NCBI RefSeq assembly: GCF_009914755.1
Contig: NC_060936.1
Length of the DNA: 64,000 bases
Direction: 5' to 3' (one strand)
Source of the DNA: the human T2T-CHM13v2.0 reference genome, Homo sapiens
The position numbers were made by a program, and so were the translations under genes. Below the pieces are notes generated by a model that saw only the letters and a list, made by a program, of their open reading frames with translations, was not told where the DNA came from and did no database searches. Shown one piece after another: positions 44,985-62,641 of the stretch; the first letter of the stretch is position 1, and each line of letters opens with the position of its first letter.

Positions 44985-45402
44985 AGAAAAATCCTGGATC
45001 TGTAGGATTGATGGCTACCTTGGAGAACCTACTGCTGTTTCCCTCCCCCAAATATTGTTTTATTGAAGCAATAGAAAATATTTCTAGCACAGTGTGAAAA
45101 CCCATGGTTAACTTGTGATTTATTTTCTTTATAACTTCTTATGCATTTGTACATTATTTTATGACAGCATAATAACATAAGCATTTACTCCTTTTTATTA
45201 AAATCTTCTTAATGGCTGTATCGTAACTCTGTGTGGTCATAACATACTTTAATTAACCATTCTTTTATTGTTGGACATTTAGGCTCTTTCTTGTGTCGGG
45301 CTATTCTAAATAATGATACATCTTGTACAGGAAGCTTTTTTGATTTTTTCATGTTATTTTCTTGATAAAAGTTCCCAAAATTAGAACTTTTGAGCTAAAA
45401 TA

Positions 45403-47290
45403 TATTTTTTTATTGTGATAAAACGTACATAACATAAAATTTACCATTTTAAACATTTTTAAGTGTAGAGTCTGGTGACGCTGGTCATTCACATTGTGTG
45501 GAACCGGAACCACCATTCATCTCCAGAACTTTTCCCCCTTTTCAAGCTGAAACTCTGTTTCATAACAATAATTCCTCTTTTTATCCTCCCCTCAGCCACT
45601 GGCAGCTAGCATTCTACTTTCCATCTCTAGGAATTTGACTACACTAGGCACCTTATGTAGTTGAAATCATACAATATTTGTCCTTTTGTGTTGACTCATG
45701 TTACTAAATAAATGTCTTCAGGTTTCATCCATGTTGTAGCATATGTCAGAATTTCCTTCCTTTTTAAGGCTCGTATTCTATTTTGTATGTATACTAAATT
45801 TTGTTTATTCATTCCTCCATTGAAGGATATTTGGATTACTTTACCTTTTGGCTATTGTAAATAAGTCTGCTGTGAACATTGGTGTACATTATCTCTTCAA
45901 GTCTCTGTTTTCACTTCCTTTGAGTACATACCCTGAAGTGGAATTGCTGGATCATATGGTAATTCTATGTTTAATTTTTTGAGGAACTGCCATTTTGTTT
46001 TCCACTGCTTCCACAATTGCTACCAGCAATGCACAAGGATTCCAGTTTCTCTATGTTCTCACCAACAGTTATTTTCTTTCTTTCTTTTTAAAAATAATGG
46101 TTATTCTGTCAGGTGTGAAGTCGTGTCTCTTCATGGTTTTGATTTGCATTTCTCTAAAGATTAGTGATGGTTAAGTATCTTTTCATGTACTTATTGTCCA
46201 TCTGTTTATCTTTTGGGTATATTCTTTGAGTGTTAAAGATCTTTTCCCATTTTTTAATGGACTTGTTTTCTTTTGTTAAGTTTTAGGAGTTATTTATATA
46301 TTCTGGACATTAATCCCCATCAAATATAAGATTTACAAAAAATTTCTTCCATTCCATGGTTGCCTTTCCATCCTGTGGATGGTGTTCTTTGATACACAAA
46401 AGTTTCTAACTTTGAAATTCAATTTATTTTTTGTTTTATTGCATGTACTTTTGGTAGTATATCAAGAAATCACACCAATTAGAATGGCGATCATTAAAAA
46501 GTCAGGAAACAACAGGTGCTGGAGAGGACGTGGAGAAATAGGAACACTTTTACACTGTTGGTGGGACTGTAAACTAGTTCAACCATTGTGGAAGACAGCG
46601 TGGCCATTCCTCAAGGATCTAGAACTAGAGATACCATTTGACCCAGCCATCCCATTACTGGGCATATACCCAAAGGATTATAAATCATGCTGCTATAAAG
46701 ACACATGCACACGTATGTTTATTGCAGCACTATTCACAATAGCAAAGACTTGGAACCAACCCAAATGCCCATCAATGATAGAATGGATTAAGAAAATGTG
46801 GCACATATACACCATAGAATACTATGCAGCCATAAAAAAGGATGCGTTCATGTCCTTTATAGGGACATGGATGAAGCTGGAAACCATCATTCTCAGCAAA
46901 CTATTGCAAGGACAAAAAACCAAACACCACATGTTCTCACTCATAGGTGGGAATTGAACAATGAGAACACATGGACACAGGGTGGGGAACATCACACACT
47001 GGGGCCTGCTGGGGGGTGGGGGGAGGGGGGAGGGATAGCATTAGGAGGTATACCTAATGTAAATGAGGAGTTAACGGGTGCAGCACACCAACATGGCACA
47101 TGTATACATATGTAACAAACCTGCACGTTGTGCATGTGTACCCTAGAACTTAAAGTAAAAAAATTTATAATTTTTTAAATTAAAAAAAATCATTACCAAT
47201 TCCAATGTCATGAAGCTTTTCCCTGCTTTGTAGTAAGTTTTGAAATTAGAAAATGTGAGACCTCCAACTTTATTTTTCTTTTCTGGATGA
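45403..47290 (-). mobile_element. L1MB-like 3' region, interrupted by a younger L1PA
   Basis: acataacataaaatttaccatttt...gaagtggaattgctggatcatatggtaattctatgtttaa. Resumes after the L1PA as aaatcattaccaattccaatgtcatgaag. Confidence 0.85.
46470..47185 (+). mobile_element. 5'-truncated L1PA (PA5-like) 3' end, ~720 bp, sense to TMEM117
   Basis: ORF 46379-46957 carries the ORF2 C-terminus ([28 protein letters not shown]...SLIGGN*), then a G-rich 3' UTR and A tail. Approximate TSD aa(g/a)aaatca. Confidence 0.95.
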
Positions 47291-47464
47291 ACTTTTTTAA
47301 AGCCTGCATTTTCAATACAGACATGCATGCATTCAGTGTAGGCCAAGCAAGGTCTAAATAACCAAGCAAGTTTCTTTCTACCTCCTGGAGGCAGAACCAG
47401 TGAATTTTACATCTTGATAGATCAATGTTCTCTTTTCCCTGTGACTTTTTAAAATTAATTATTA

Positions 47465-48250
<786 letters not shown>

Positions 48251-48439
48251 ATTTTTTTCTTAGAACATATTTTTGAAGCCTCTGAATACATTGAGCCAAA
48301 TGTATTCCTGAAAGATTTCTCCCAAGTTATGCTTCTCAGCAATAGTATTTAATATCATAGTAAAATCGTTTTACCCATTCAGTGGTCCAACATGTCAAGA
48401 GGCTGTCCCTAATTACCCCATCTAAGTTAGACTCCTCTT

Positions 48440-48880
48440 AACTATGCTATTTTCTATGGCAGAAACTGATTACCATAATAGGAAATATCAAGACTGGGAG
48501 AGGGGACGGTAACTTTAGAGATGATTAAGGAATGCCTCTTGAGAAAGTAACATTTTTGCTGAGAAGGAGAGAAGTATGAGAAGGAGCCAAGCAGAGAGAA
48601 AGTGGAGGGAAGAGTGTTCCAGGCATAGGGAACAGCATGTGCAAAGCCCCAAGACGGTGAAGGCATTTGCCTTAGCTCAAGGGAGCTAACATCCCTGAGG
48701 AACTCAAAGATGGCCAGAATAAAACATAGTGGGTGAGGCAGCAGTGCTTGGGAGATGAAGTTTGGTTGTAAGCAGTGGCCACATCAGGTAAAAGTCTTGA
48801 AGACTTTGTTAAGATGAATGGATTTTACGCTGGGGACAGTGGAAAGCCACTGGAGAGGATTTTTCATGGGTTCTTTTAGG
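48440..48880 (-). mobile_element. L2 fragment
   Basis: gttccaggcatagggaacagcatgtgcaaagcccc...gtggaaagccactggag. Confidence 0.8.
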
Positions 48881-48905
48881 ATTGCACATTCTGTTATTTA
48901 CTGTC

Positions 48906-49375
48906 TATATTAGATTCCTATGGCTGACATAACCAAGTACCATTAAATAAGAGGCTTAAAACAACAGAAATGTGTTCTCTCCCAGTTCTGAGGCTAGCAG
49001 TCTGAAACCAAGGTGTTGGCAGGGCCATGCTTCCTCTAAGCCACTAGAGGAGGATCCTTTCTTGCCTCTTTAGCTTCTGATGGCTTGAGACATTCTTTGG
49101 CTTGTGGTATCGTAATTCACTCCCTGCCTCCATCTTCATTCACATGGCTTTCTTCTCGCTGTGTGTCTCTGTGTCTTTACATAGCAGTTATTCTTTCTGA
49201 ATCGCTCTCCTCTTCCTATTAGGACACCAGTCATATTGGATTAAGGGCTCACCTATTCCAGTATGACATCTTAACTAATCAAATCTAAAATGACCCTATT
49301 TCCAAATAAGGTCACATTCTCTGGGGGCTAGGATTTCAATATATACTTTTCAGGAACACAGTTAAACCCGTAACA
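48906..49375 (-). mobile_element. MLT1C-like MaLR solo LTR, 470 bp
   Basis: ggcttaaaacaacagaaat...aaggtgttggcagggccatgc...accctatttccaaataaggtcacattct...taaca. TSD ctgtc/ctgcc. Confidence 0.88.
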
Positions 49376-49404
49376 CTGCCTCTATTGTGTGCATGTGTTT
49401 TTAA

Positions 49405-49776
<372 letters not shown>

Positions 49777-49787
49777 TAAAGTAGCTT

Positions 49788-50145
<358 letters not shown>

Positions 50146-50930
50146 TAAAGTAAAATTGTGTTTTCAATGGATTTTTACAGTTGGGGGCCATTTGCCTTGG
50201 TGTTTAACTTGATTGCCTTCTTTTGAGTTTGGATGTGGATGGTTTTCATATGTTTGTGAGATGTGTGTAGTTTCATGAATTGGCTGTTTGACATTTTTTT
50301 ATTCTTTAGTTGCTGAAAACACTAGAACCTTTCTTATTATCAGTAGGTTCTTAATATAGATAATATATTAATGTTTCTCTATCAGATTTTCTGCATAAAA
50401 CATCCCAGGTTGTTTTGGGTACTTGAAATACTTACTTTCATAAAATATTTGATTGCAATATTATGTATTTTAGTTTTTTTCTTTGAAATATATTTCATAA
50501 ATTTTAATAATAGAAGTTTATCAGTAAGTCAAATAAATGTTTCCCACATATTTTCTTCTAGTTATTTATGGGTAAATTTTCTTTACACTTAAATACCTTT
50601 AATGCTTATTTTCCCCTAATTATTAAAATGATGAATTATTTATTTCTAAATATAAAACAAATGGTTAATGTCTAAGAAAGTTCAGAAAAGCTCAAAGAGA
50701 AATCAATTCTCCATACATTCATGACCCACTAGTAATTGCTTTTAACTTTTTTTTAAAGTTTTTAAGCTTTTTCCATGCAAATATTTTAACCATATTAATT
50801 TAACTCTCTGTGTAATATTTGGAGAACCCCAGATTTCTTTTCTTGACACTATAATCTAAGCATATTATAGAACATACTTTGTGAATATCATTTTTTTTAA
50901 CCAAATGTACTATCATGTGGACATTTAATG

Positions 50931-51153
50931 AAGAGATCAGAGAACTATGACCCTTGGGCCATATCCAGCCTACCATTGTTTTTTGTAAATAAAGTTTACT
51001 GGAACACAGCCACAATCATTTGTTAACATATTGTGCATAGTTCATTTTGGGATAAAATAGCCAGTTTAGAAGTTATGACAGAGAGACACTGTGGCCCCAA
51101 AAGCCAAAAATATTTACTATCCAGTTATTTACAGAAAAAGGTTGCCAATCCCT
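50931..51153. mobile_element. MER58A-like hAT element
   Basis: tttgtaaataaagtttactggaacacagccac...atatttactatc...tttacagaaaaaggttgccaatccctg. Confidence 0.85.
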
Positions 51154-51306
51154 GCTCACTATACTTAACTATTTTTTTGAGTTTTGTGCTTTGGGTAGTT
51201 TAATTTTTTTGTTTTAATATATAACATGATGATGAAATTTTATCAATTATATTTGTTACTTATCTTGAGTTTTCTTAGGCCAGAACTTTGAGTACCTTTA
51301 ATAAAG

Positions 51307-52760
51307 TCATTCATTTATTTATTTCTTCTTTTATTCAACAAAAACATACTGAATAGCTATCTCATAACTAGCACTGTGTTTGTTTCTAAAATACGCTTGT
51401 AAATAAGATACACAGAGTTCTTTTAGGGAGTTTACAATTTGGCAGGGAAAACAAATATATTTAAATGTGTTGAGCATTTGATGAACATTTCGTACAGAGT
51501 TTATCTAGTGAGATTATCACACAACAGAAAATCCTGACTTAAAAGAAGGAGGTCAAGTAAAACCTCTCGAAAAAAGTGGTGATGCCTGAAGAATGAAACT
51601 TGGCCAGCAGGTTGAAGAGAGGCAGTGGCAACGGGCACGGAGTCTCCTGGAGAAGGATCAGAGTATTTGAAGATCCAAAGAGAAAGAGATTCCTAGAAAT
51701 ACCAGGACCTTGAAATTGTACAATTCTGGCTGAAGTTGCATGAGTGAGGAAAAGAGCTGGAGCGGTTGAAGGACCAGGCTTTACAGATTTTAAAGTATGG
51801 TAAATATTTTGAATTCTAATGATATAAGAAACTATTGAAGCAGATTTTATCACTACTTTGGCTAGGAAATAGGGAATTTTTTTGAGGACAAAGAGTTGCT
51901 GCAGAGATTTCAGTTAGGAGTTTAGGCCAGAGAAGATGGAGCTTAAGGTGTTGATGGTGGAGAAGAGAGAAGAGGACATATTTGACAGATATTTTGGAGG
52001 TTGAGCTGGCGAGATTTCGTGATACTAGTGGTGGGAGTTGAAAATAGGGAGGAAGCAAGGATGACCCCAGGCTTATGAAACTGGGTTAGTGTCATTCACT
52101 GAGTGAGGGAGCACTAGAAGAAGAGCAGTTTGTTTAGAGTGGGATGGGAATAATGATGTTGAGTTTGAGATGGCTGAAAGAAGTATAAATGGAAATGTCA
52201 AATAAGGGGTGAACTAGATCAGCTCAAGCCTGAGGGCACATAACTCAGGGGAGAATACAGTTGGATATACATATTCAAACGTCTTTTGCCCACAGATGAT
52301 TATAGAGGTTATGGGAGTTACCTGAGCAGAGAGTATGGAGTTAGGTGACATGATGGCCAAGGTAAAGGCCCAATGAATACCACCATTTAGTTATTTATTT
52401 ATGTTTTTGTCAAATGAAGAAGGTAGAGCTGGAAAAGGTAGATTGACAGAGATGGAGGAGGGGCAGCAGATAAGAACAGTATCACAAATCAAAGGCATGA
52501 GAACTGTAAAAGGGAGCAGTGGTCAACTGTAACAAATGCTGCTGGAAAGTCAGGTATACAAAATCCTGGACAGATGTTTATTGGTTTAATTGAAATGAAT
52601 GAATGGTTTTTGTTGATATGTAGGAAGTCAGTTCAGTAGATGTTATGATGTAGAAATAATCTGGAGACAGGTTAAGTGGGAGGTGAAGATAAAGAACAGC
52701 AAGTATAGATGATTTATTCAAGAAGTTTGTAATGGAAGAAAAATAAAATAGAAGCTCAAG
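51307..52760 (-). mobile_element. L2, ~1.4 kb
   Basis: cattcatt...ttcaacaaa 3' end, then purine-rich L2 body (gatattttggaggttgagctggc; caaggatgacccc; tggtcaactgtaacaaatgctgctg). Confidence 0.8.
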
Positions 52761-52952
52761 GGGGAGATGGGAATAAGGAAGGTGTATTATTTGTTTGTCT
52801 GATTTTTAAGAAAGAAGTTTAATCTTCTACATATTTCAAAATTTCTTCTCAAACATTATTACTAATATTATGAAGAATAACACCATCTACATATGAAAGT
52901 GCTTGCCTCACTTAGGGTTGACTAGACTGGAACATTATCATTTTTAGTAGAA

Positions 52953-53078
52953 TTTAAGCTCTGCTAGGGCAAGGATCTTTTTTTCTCTTTCATTCTTTGT
53001 TTTATACCCAGCACCTAGAATGGTGCTTGGCACATAGTACATGCCCAATAAATACCTGTGGAATGAACGAGTGAATAA
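52953..53078 (+). mobile_element. L2 3' end
   Basis: cccagcacctagaatggtgcttggcacatagtacatgcccaataaatacctgtggaatgaa. Confidence 0.8.
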
Positions 53079-54499
53079 TACATCTCTGTTAATATGAAGT
53101 ATAGAAGTGCTATCTCAGTATTGCTTTAGCGTACAAGTCTTTGTTAACTAGTAATCTCATGTATAGAGATCCCTATCAAACTGAATTCCTCAGTGGCAAG
53201 AGCTATGATTTGTTTATCCATGGATCCCCATAAAGTTGTATAGAGTTTAGCACTTAGGCTGTCAAACATAGTTGTGCCAGATAACTATTTTTTTGCCTTA
53301 CATATGGAGAGAAGGATGAGATTTCAAATAACTTAACCTAGAGTCCAAGGGAAATTGGCCATAGAGCCTGCTTTCAGCTCTCAATTAAGCTCTGGTTTAG
53401 TTAAACCAAAAGGAAATATTTTTCCCTTTAAAAATAATTCTATATGGAGAATCAAATCTGGTGGCTCTCACTTGACTATAACCATTTCATTCTCTGCATT
53501 GTGAGGTGTTTCTAGTACTATGGAATTGCTACTGGTGATGGAAAGAATGCTCTCTCTATATATAAATGTCCTTAAAATGCTATCCTCACAGAATTTTATA
53601 AAACAACACAAGAAGAGGGTAACAGTGTTAAGAATATAAAAAATGAAGTTTGGTACAGTATTATATCATGGAGGACTAGCTCAGGAAGGAAAGGGGTAAA
53701 GTTCTGCATGACTGTAAAATACCCAAGCCAGTCATGTTACTCATATTGATAAACTACTGTCCCAGCTGCATTTTTCAGATTAACAAAAATCAAGCTACAA
53801 ACCATTAAAGAAATATAAGAGACATTTCTTACTGGTTTCATGTAGGGGCATTCAATTTACGGTGCAGTACCTATCACTTCAGGAAAGAAACATTGCTTTA
53901 GAAAAGAAAGATATTTCTAACATTTTTGGACTAAATGGTCAAGTCTCTAAGTCTGTAAATTTCACTAGATAAAAAAATTGTATGTGCTGGGCAAAATATT
54001 ATTGAGCATCCATTTTCCTTTTCTTCTTTACACAAAAAATTTACTGTTATAGCTCATTGAAGGCTCAATGCGAAATGAACAACCTCTTTGCAATCCTGTC
54101 ACCCAAGTCTTGTAAACAATCAGCTCTTTCCACACACATAATCATAAGCACAGACTATAATTGGGATATTTATTTATTTATAGCTTATTTGTGTTCTGTG
54201 TTTATTTGTGGCTGTGCCTCTGCAGGTAGAGTGAAGTGGATTGTTCAAAATTCAGTTAATGGTGGTGAGCTGGGTATACAAAGGCTGAAACGCTGCATAT
54301 TTCTTTTTTTATTAGATTTTTGTCTCATTCTATTCACCATGCTTCAGGAAAGTTATTAATAACTCAATCTTCACAACTTATAAAGTGGTTACTGATTTGG
54401 GTATGAACTGATTAAAATTTAGCTATAAATCATCCATTTAATTGTAGTTTCTCAGTTTAGGAGGAGAATTTCATGATTATTTTGTTAATTTCAGCATTG

Positions 54500-55320
54500 G
54501 ATTAATCTTGCAAAATAGACTATGCTTCGATGCCTCCAATAATGGAAATCTCATTACCTCACAGGAAAGCCCCTTCCAGCTCTTGACAAGTCTCAGTATT
54601 TGAAAGTTTCTCCTTACAGTGACACCCAAATCACTTTTCCTGAGCTTACATTCTGTGATTATTGTTCCAACTGTTGAAGTTATACCAAAACTTACTCTTC
54701 CGTATGACAAACTCTTATATAATTAAAGACACATAATATAATTCACCTAAGTATTTTTTTTCAGGACAAGCATCTACAACATCTTGTTATTTCTTAATTG
54801 ACTTGAGTTCAAGATGCTTCCGTATCTTGGACACTTACCAATCTTTTTCTTAAAATGTGGAGTTCTGCTGTTACCTCTCATGTTTTAGATACACTGTTAA
54901 TTTAGCCCAATATTACATTTGTCTCTGATAATCACATCAATTTATTGACCCATATTGAATGCACTGACAACTAAACTTTGTCATATAACTCTTGTCACTA
55001 CTAAGCCATGCCACTCCCATTGTGTACCTATCTAATTTGTTTACTGGCTATGATAACAGAAACTTATATTTAACCTTATTTACTTTTAATTTGTAAGACC
55101 CCAGTCGTTTCTGCATTCTTTTAATAGACGTTTTCATCCTTTTCTCTCATATAGTCTACTTATCTCTGTCAGCTCCCTGTCACCTGCAGGTTTGATATGC
55201 AGAACTGTATATCTTCATCCAGTTCATTGATTGATATGTTAAACCTCAGCATTCCCGCTAGGTGGGCATCATTTCATTAATCAGGCTCTTTGGATAAGGT
55301 CATTCTATCAATTTCAAACC
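54500..55320 (-). mobile_element. L3/CR1 fragment
   Basis: cctccaataatggaaatctcattacctcacagg...gaaagtttctcctt; gtcacctgcaggtttgat...tcttcatccagttcattgat. Confidence 0.65.
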
Positions 55321-55484
55321 TATAAATACCACATTGTAGTTAAGAGTTTGGGTTGAAAAGAGATCCTAGACATGGTTCTCAAATCTATTATGTAAAAGAT
55401 ACAATATTTTAATTACCCTTGATAAATTATGCAATTGTCTACATTATGGGTTTTTTCCCCCTTTAAAAGGAGATAACATATCTA

Positions 55485-56495
<1,011 letters not shown>

Positions 56496-56526
56496 GTGGT
56501 CTATTATTACTGACTATCTTTATCAT

Positions 56527-56925
56527 TGTGTTAGTTTGGGAAATACTAGCTGTAATAACAAATAACCCAAATATTTCAGTGCTATATAACAACAATTCAT
56601 TGTGGGCTGTCCTGGTTGGCAGATGGCTTTCTTCCATGTTGTGATTCAGTGGTGAGGCTCTTTTTATTTGGTAGCTCTGCCACCCCTTAGGGCCTCAGTG
56701 TCTTCTTTATCTAGGCAGAAGAAAATAAAAAAGAAGGTTTATAACTAACACCACCTAGAAGTGAAATAAATCACTTCAACTCACATTCCAATGAGGAGCA
56801 CTAATCACATGGCCTCACCTAGCTTCAAAAAAGGCACCAAAAAATGTGGCCCCTGACTGGGCAGCCAGTTCCCAGTGTTAACAGTTGGTGAGAGCACACA
56901 TTTATGGTAGACAGTGTATCGCTGC
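56527..56925 (-). mobile_element. Old MLT1 (J/K/L-like) LTR
   Basis: tagctgtaataacaaataacccaaatatttcagtg...tcacttcaactcacattcca...cacatggcctcacctagct. Confidence 0.65.
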
Positions 56926-56928
56926 TGT

Positions 56929-56976
56929 GATCACCATCACCATCATCATCATCATCATCGTCATCATCATCATCAT
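56929..56976 (+). repeat. (CAT)n trinucleotide repeat
   Basis: caccatcaccatcatcatcatcatcatcgtcatcatcatcatcat. Confidence 0.9.
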
Positions 56977-57070
56977 TAATATTCCCTCATTAAGCCACAT
57001 GCAGCTCATGTTCCTCTATCTTGTCCAGTAAGATTTTGTAAACAACGATGTAAAAGAACTACCTGACATC

Positions 57071-59418
<2,348 letters not shown>

Positions 59419-60637
59419 TAATTCAGACATATATCCCCTGCCATATCTAGAGTTAACCTGAATTTCAGCAAGTGGATGCAGGTACCTCATAGCTTAGTTG
59501 TACTGATTGGCAAAAGTGTGATGAGTCGGTCAGTAGCACCTCCATCTTGTATGCAGAAATAACTTCATTTGATGTGTAGTTAAACAAAAAACGCTTTTAA
59601 TCCAAACTGTTACTTTAAAATAACTTTCTACATCTATTAGTTGCCTTCTCTATCTTAGTACATACCTTTACTTGATTTTTTCATATTTAAGGATAATAAA
59701 ATAATCCAATGAACATCATTATAATCATTTATAAGCAGCAATTGTTTTGTTTTTCTTTCACACATGCATACAGAGGCATATATGTAAAATCATTTTGGAT
59801 TTAGAAAATTTAGAAATTTATAAAGAAAAAATTGCCAATAATCCTCAGCTAGGGATAATTACAGTAAAAATTTTGGTGTATTTCTAATATTTTCCATTCA
59901 TATAGGATAATTATTATCTAATGACTATATTTAGTAAGGATATAAAAATGCCATTGTTTATTTAGACATTCCCTATTATTGTATGTATGTCAATATAGTT
60001 GTTGCATGTGTGAGAGTACACTGTGGTGTGATCTTAGTAAATGCATTGCTCTCTTAATTTTGGATACTTACTTTGCATAGCTGTTAATTGAGAATACTTA
60101 CATTTTTAGGTGACATGAAGCTGGGTGTGATTAATTATAAAGTGCTTTATAAAGTACCTTAGCTATACTAAAGGTATGTGCTTAACATGTTTTTGCCTGG
60201 TTCCTGCACAATTATCACTATATTGTTTGATGTAAACATTAACTGGACAATCTTAGAGAGTGCTGTGCTGTGGCCTTCATTAAGGGGGCTGGGAAAACTT
60301 ATTTTAGAGACCAGTAGCAAGCCTAGAGATCACACAGAATGATTTTGTGCAAGTGAAAGTGGGTTTTAAAAATAGGATCAAAGGCAAGCTGCATAAGGAA
60401 TAAGGTCTCAAAGGATTAATATGCAACTGAGTAGCCTAGTGTGCTGAAAGAAGAGGTGGGAAAGGGGGCGGGACTGCATGTTCGGCCTGGGTGTATCACA
60501 TAAAACAGTGAGGGAGTTGATAGCTAATAGCCCATTTGATAGAATCCCTCTTTTCTACGTATTCATTGATTGACTACTTCCCTCACATTTCACACGCAGC
60601 AAGACCTTCCCAAGCCAAGGCCTAAAATCCACATCCC

Positions 60638-61600
60638 TGCAGTAGGTAGAATTCTAAACATGTCCCCCAGCATTCCTGTCCCCTGGTTCTTCAACCAAAC
60701 ACCAATCTAGATACTGCTGGGAAGGGACTTTGCAGATGGAATTCAGGTTACTAATCAGCTGACCTTAAAGCAGAGAAACTGGCCCGGGTGCAGTGGCTTC
60801 CACCTGTAATCCCAGCACTTTGGGAGGCTGAGGCGGGCGGATCACTTGAGGTCAGGAGTTTGAGAACAGCCTGGCTAACATGGCGAAATCCCGTCTCTAC
60901 TAAAAATACAAAAATTAGCCCAGTGTGGTGGCAGGTGCCTGTAATCCCAGCTACTTGGGAAGCTGAGGCAGGAGAATGACTTGAACCTGGGAGATGGAGG
61001 CTGCAAGAGCAAAGATCATGCCATTGCACTCCAGACTGGGTGACAGAATGGGACTCCATTTCAAAAATAAAGTAAAATAAAAAAGTAGAGAAATTAGCCT
61101 GGATTGTTTGGATGAGCCCACTGTGATCACATAAGCCCTGAAATGCAGCAGAAAAAGGCAGAAGAGTTAGGGAGATGCAGCAGGAGATATGGGGCAGATG
61201 GGGAGGGGAGCCCAGGGAGATTCAAAGCATGAAAGGGAGTTGGCTCATCATGACGTGCCTTGAAGATGGTAGAAGGGGACCAAGCAGGCAGCCTCTAGAA
61301 GCAGAGAAAAACCCCAGCTTACAGCTTACCAGGAAATGGGGACCTCAGTCCTACAGCTGCATGGGACTGAATTCTGTCAACAACCAGAATGTCTTGAAAG
61401 CGATCCTTTCCTAGAGCCTCCAGAAAGGAACTCAGCTCTGCTTATACCCTGTTTCACTTTGTGGCTTTTCTGGTTTTCTGTTCCTGGTTTTATAATTTAC
61501 CTCATTTTCTGACTACACAACTGTGAGCTAGAAAATGCATGTTGTTTTAAGCCATTTAATTTGTGGTAATTTGTTCCAGGAACAATAGAAAACTAATGCA
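60638..61600 (+). mobile_element. MLT1E-like MaLR solo LTR, interrupted by an Alu
   Basis: tgcagtaggtagaattctaa...gggactttgcagatg...ttttaagccatttaatttgtggtaatttgtt...tagaaaactaatgca. TSD atccc/atctc. Confidence 0.87.
60781..61082 (+). mobile_element. AluS (Sx/Sz-like)
   Basis: Full dimer. TSD aaag(c/t)agagaaa(c/t)t. Confidence 0.92.
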
Positions 61601-61639
61601 ATCTCAAACATATGTAAGCATAACTTCCTATGCCAAGTA

Positions 61640-61990
61640 CTCGTACCTTTTTGCTTGTACGCCTCCCTCTGCCTAGATGGTGCTTTTCTTATTCCTTAAG
61701 GTAAGCCCTACTCAGTCTTTGAAATAACCATGTCACCTCTTTCAGGAAGCTTCCCTCAATAGGGTTGAGTGTAATTTAGGTGCTCTTACTCTGCACTGCA
61801 ATAGAAACCTGTTTACAGCTCAATCTTTGAATTTATATACAGGTAATCATTGATTTATTTGTCTGTATTCCCCTTCAGCCTTAAATGCCTTTTGATAAGA
61901 GCTGACATCTTTTCTTACTTTGCATTATCAGTGACTTTTCTAGTATCTAGTCCTGGTAGTAATACAAAGCATGATTGCTGAAACAATGGT
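61640..61990 (+). mobile_element. L2 fragment
   Basis: ccctctgcctagatg...tgtcacctctttcaggaagcttccct. Confidence 0.6.
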
Positions 61991-62583
61991 TGAAGGAACA
62001 ATGGTTTCTAAGCTGAGGTCATAAGCTGAATCAAAATGTTCCATCACGAAAATTAGATAAAGATTTTTTCCTATTTATAGAAAAAATACAGTGATAAAAA
62101 TTCCCAATTTCAAACCTTTGTCCTCTAAGTTATATTTCAGATTTTGCCACCTGTTGTTGCATATCTTCTAAGAAGAGCTAGTCTATAAAAAGCAGAACAG
62201 AAAAGTGAGTTATTAAAAATAACAAAACAAAGCAAAAATCGTTAGGAAAAGACATTGGTGCTTAAAAAAAGCCTTTGTTTTTCTCATGAACTCCTATTTA
62301 TGGTTGTGAATTTATATTGTATACATATTATTTAGCCATGTTTTACTAGTTGGTAAAATTATTCCTAGTTTTCATGATACAAATATTCCAGTATTTCACC
62401 ATGTGCAATGAATAGCACTGACTTAGTGGTGCTCTATTCTCTGAATCAAGTAGATGGTCTTTGCTCTATCATGGATTTGGGGTCTTTTTACTTCTTTTTA
62501 ACATGATGCTCAAGAAAATATGGTCTGGTTAATGCTGAAGATGAAACAGTTTATATAGTTCTGCTCATTTTCAGACCTAAAAG

Positions 62584-62587
<4 letters not shown>

Positions 62588-62637
<50 letters not shown>
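62588..62637 (+). repeat. (CA)~25 microsatellite
   Basis: Uninterrupted AC run; likely length-polymorphic. Confidence 0.97.

Positions 62638-62641
<4 letters not shown>

Noticed and set aside
46379-46957. 192-aa ORF
   Set aside because: Chance read-through from antisense L1MB into the L1PA ORF2 C-terminus.
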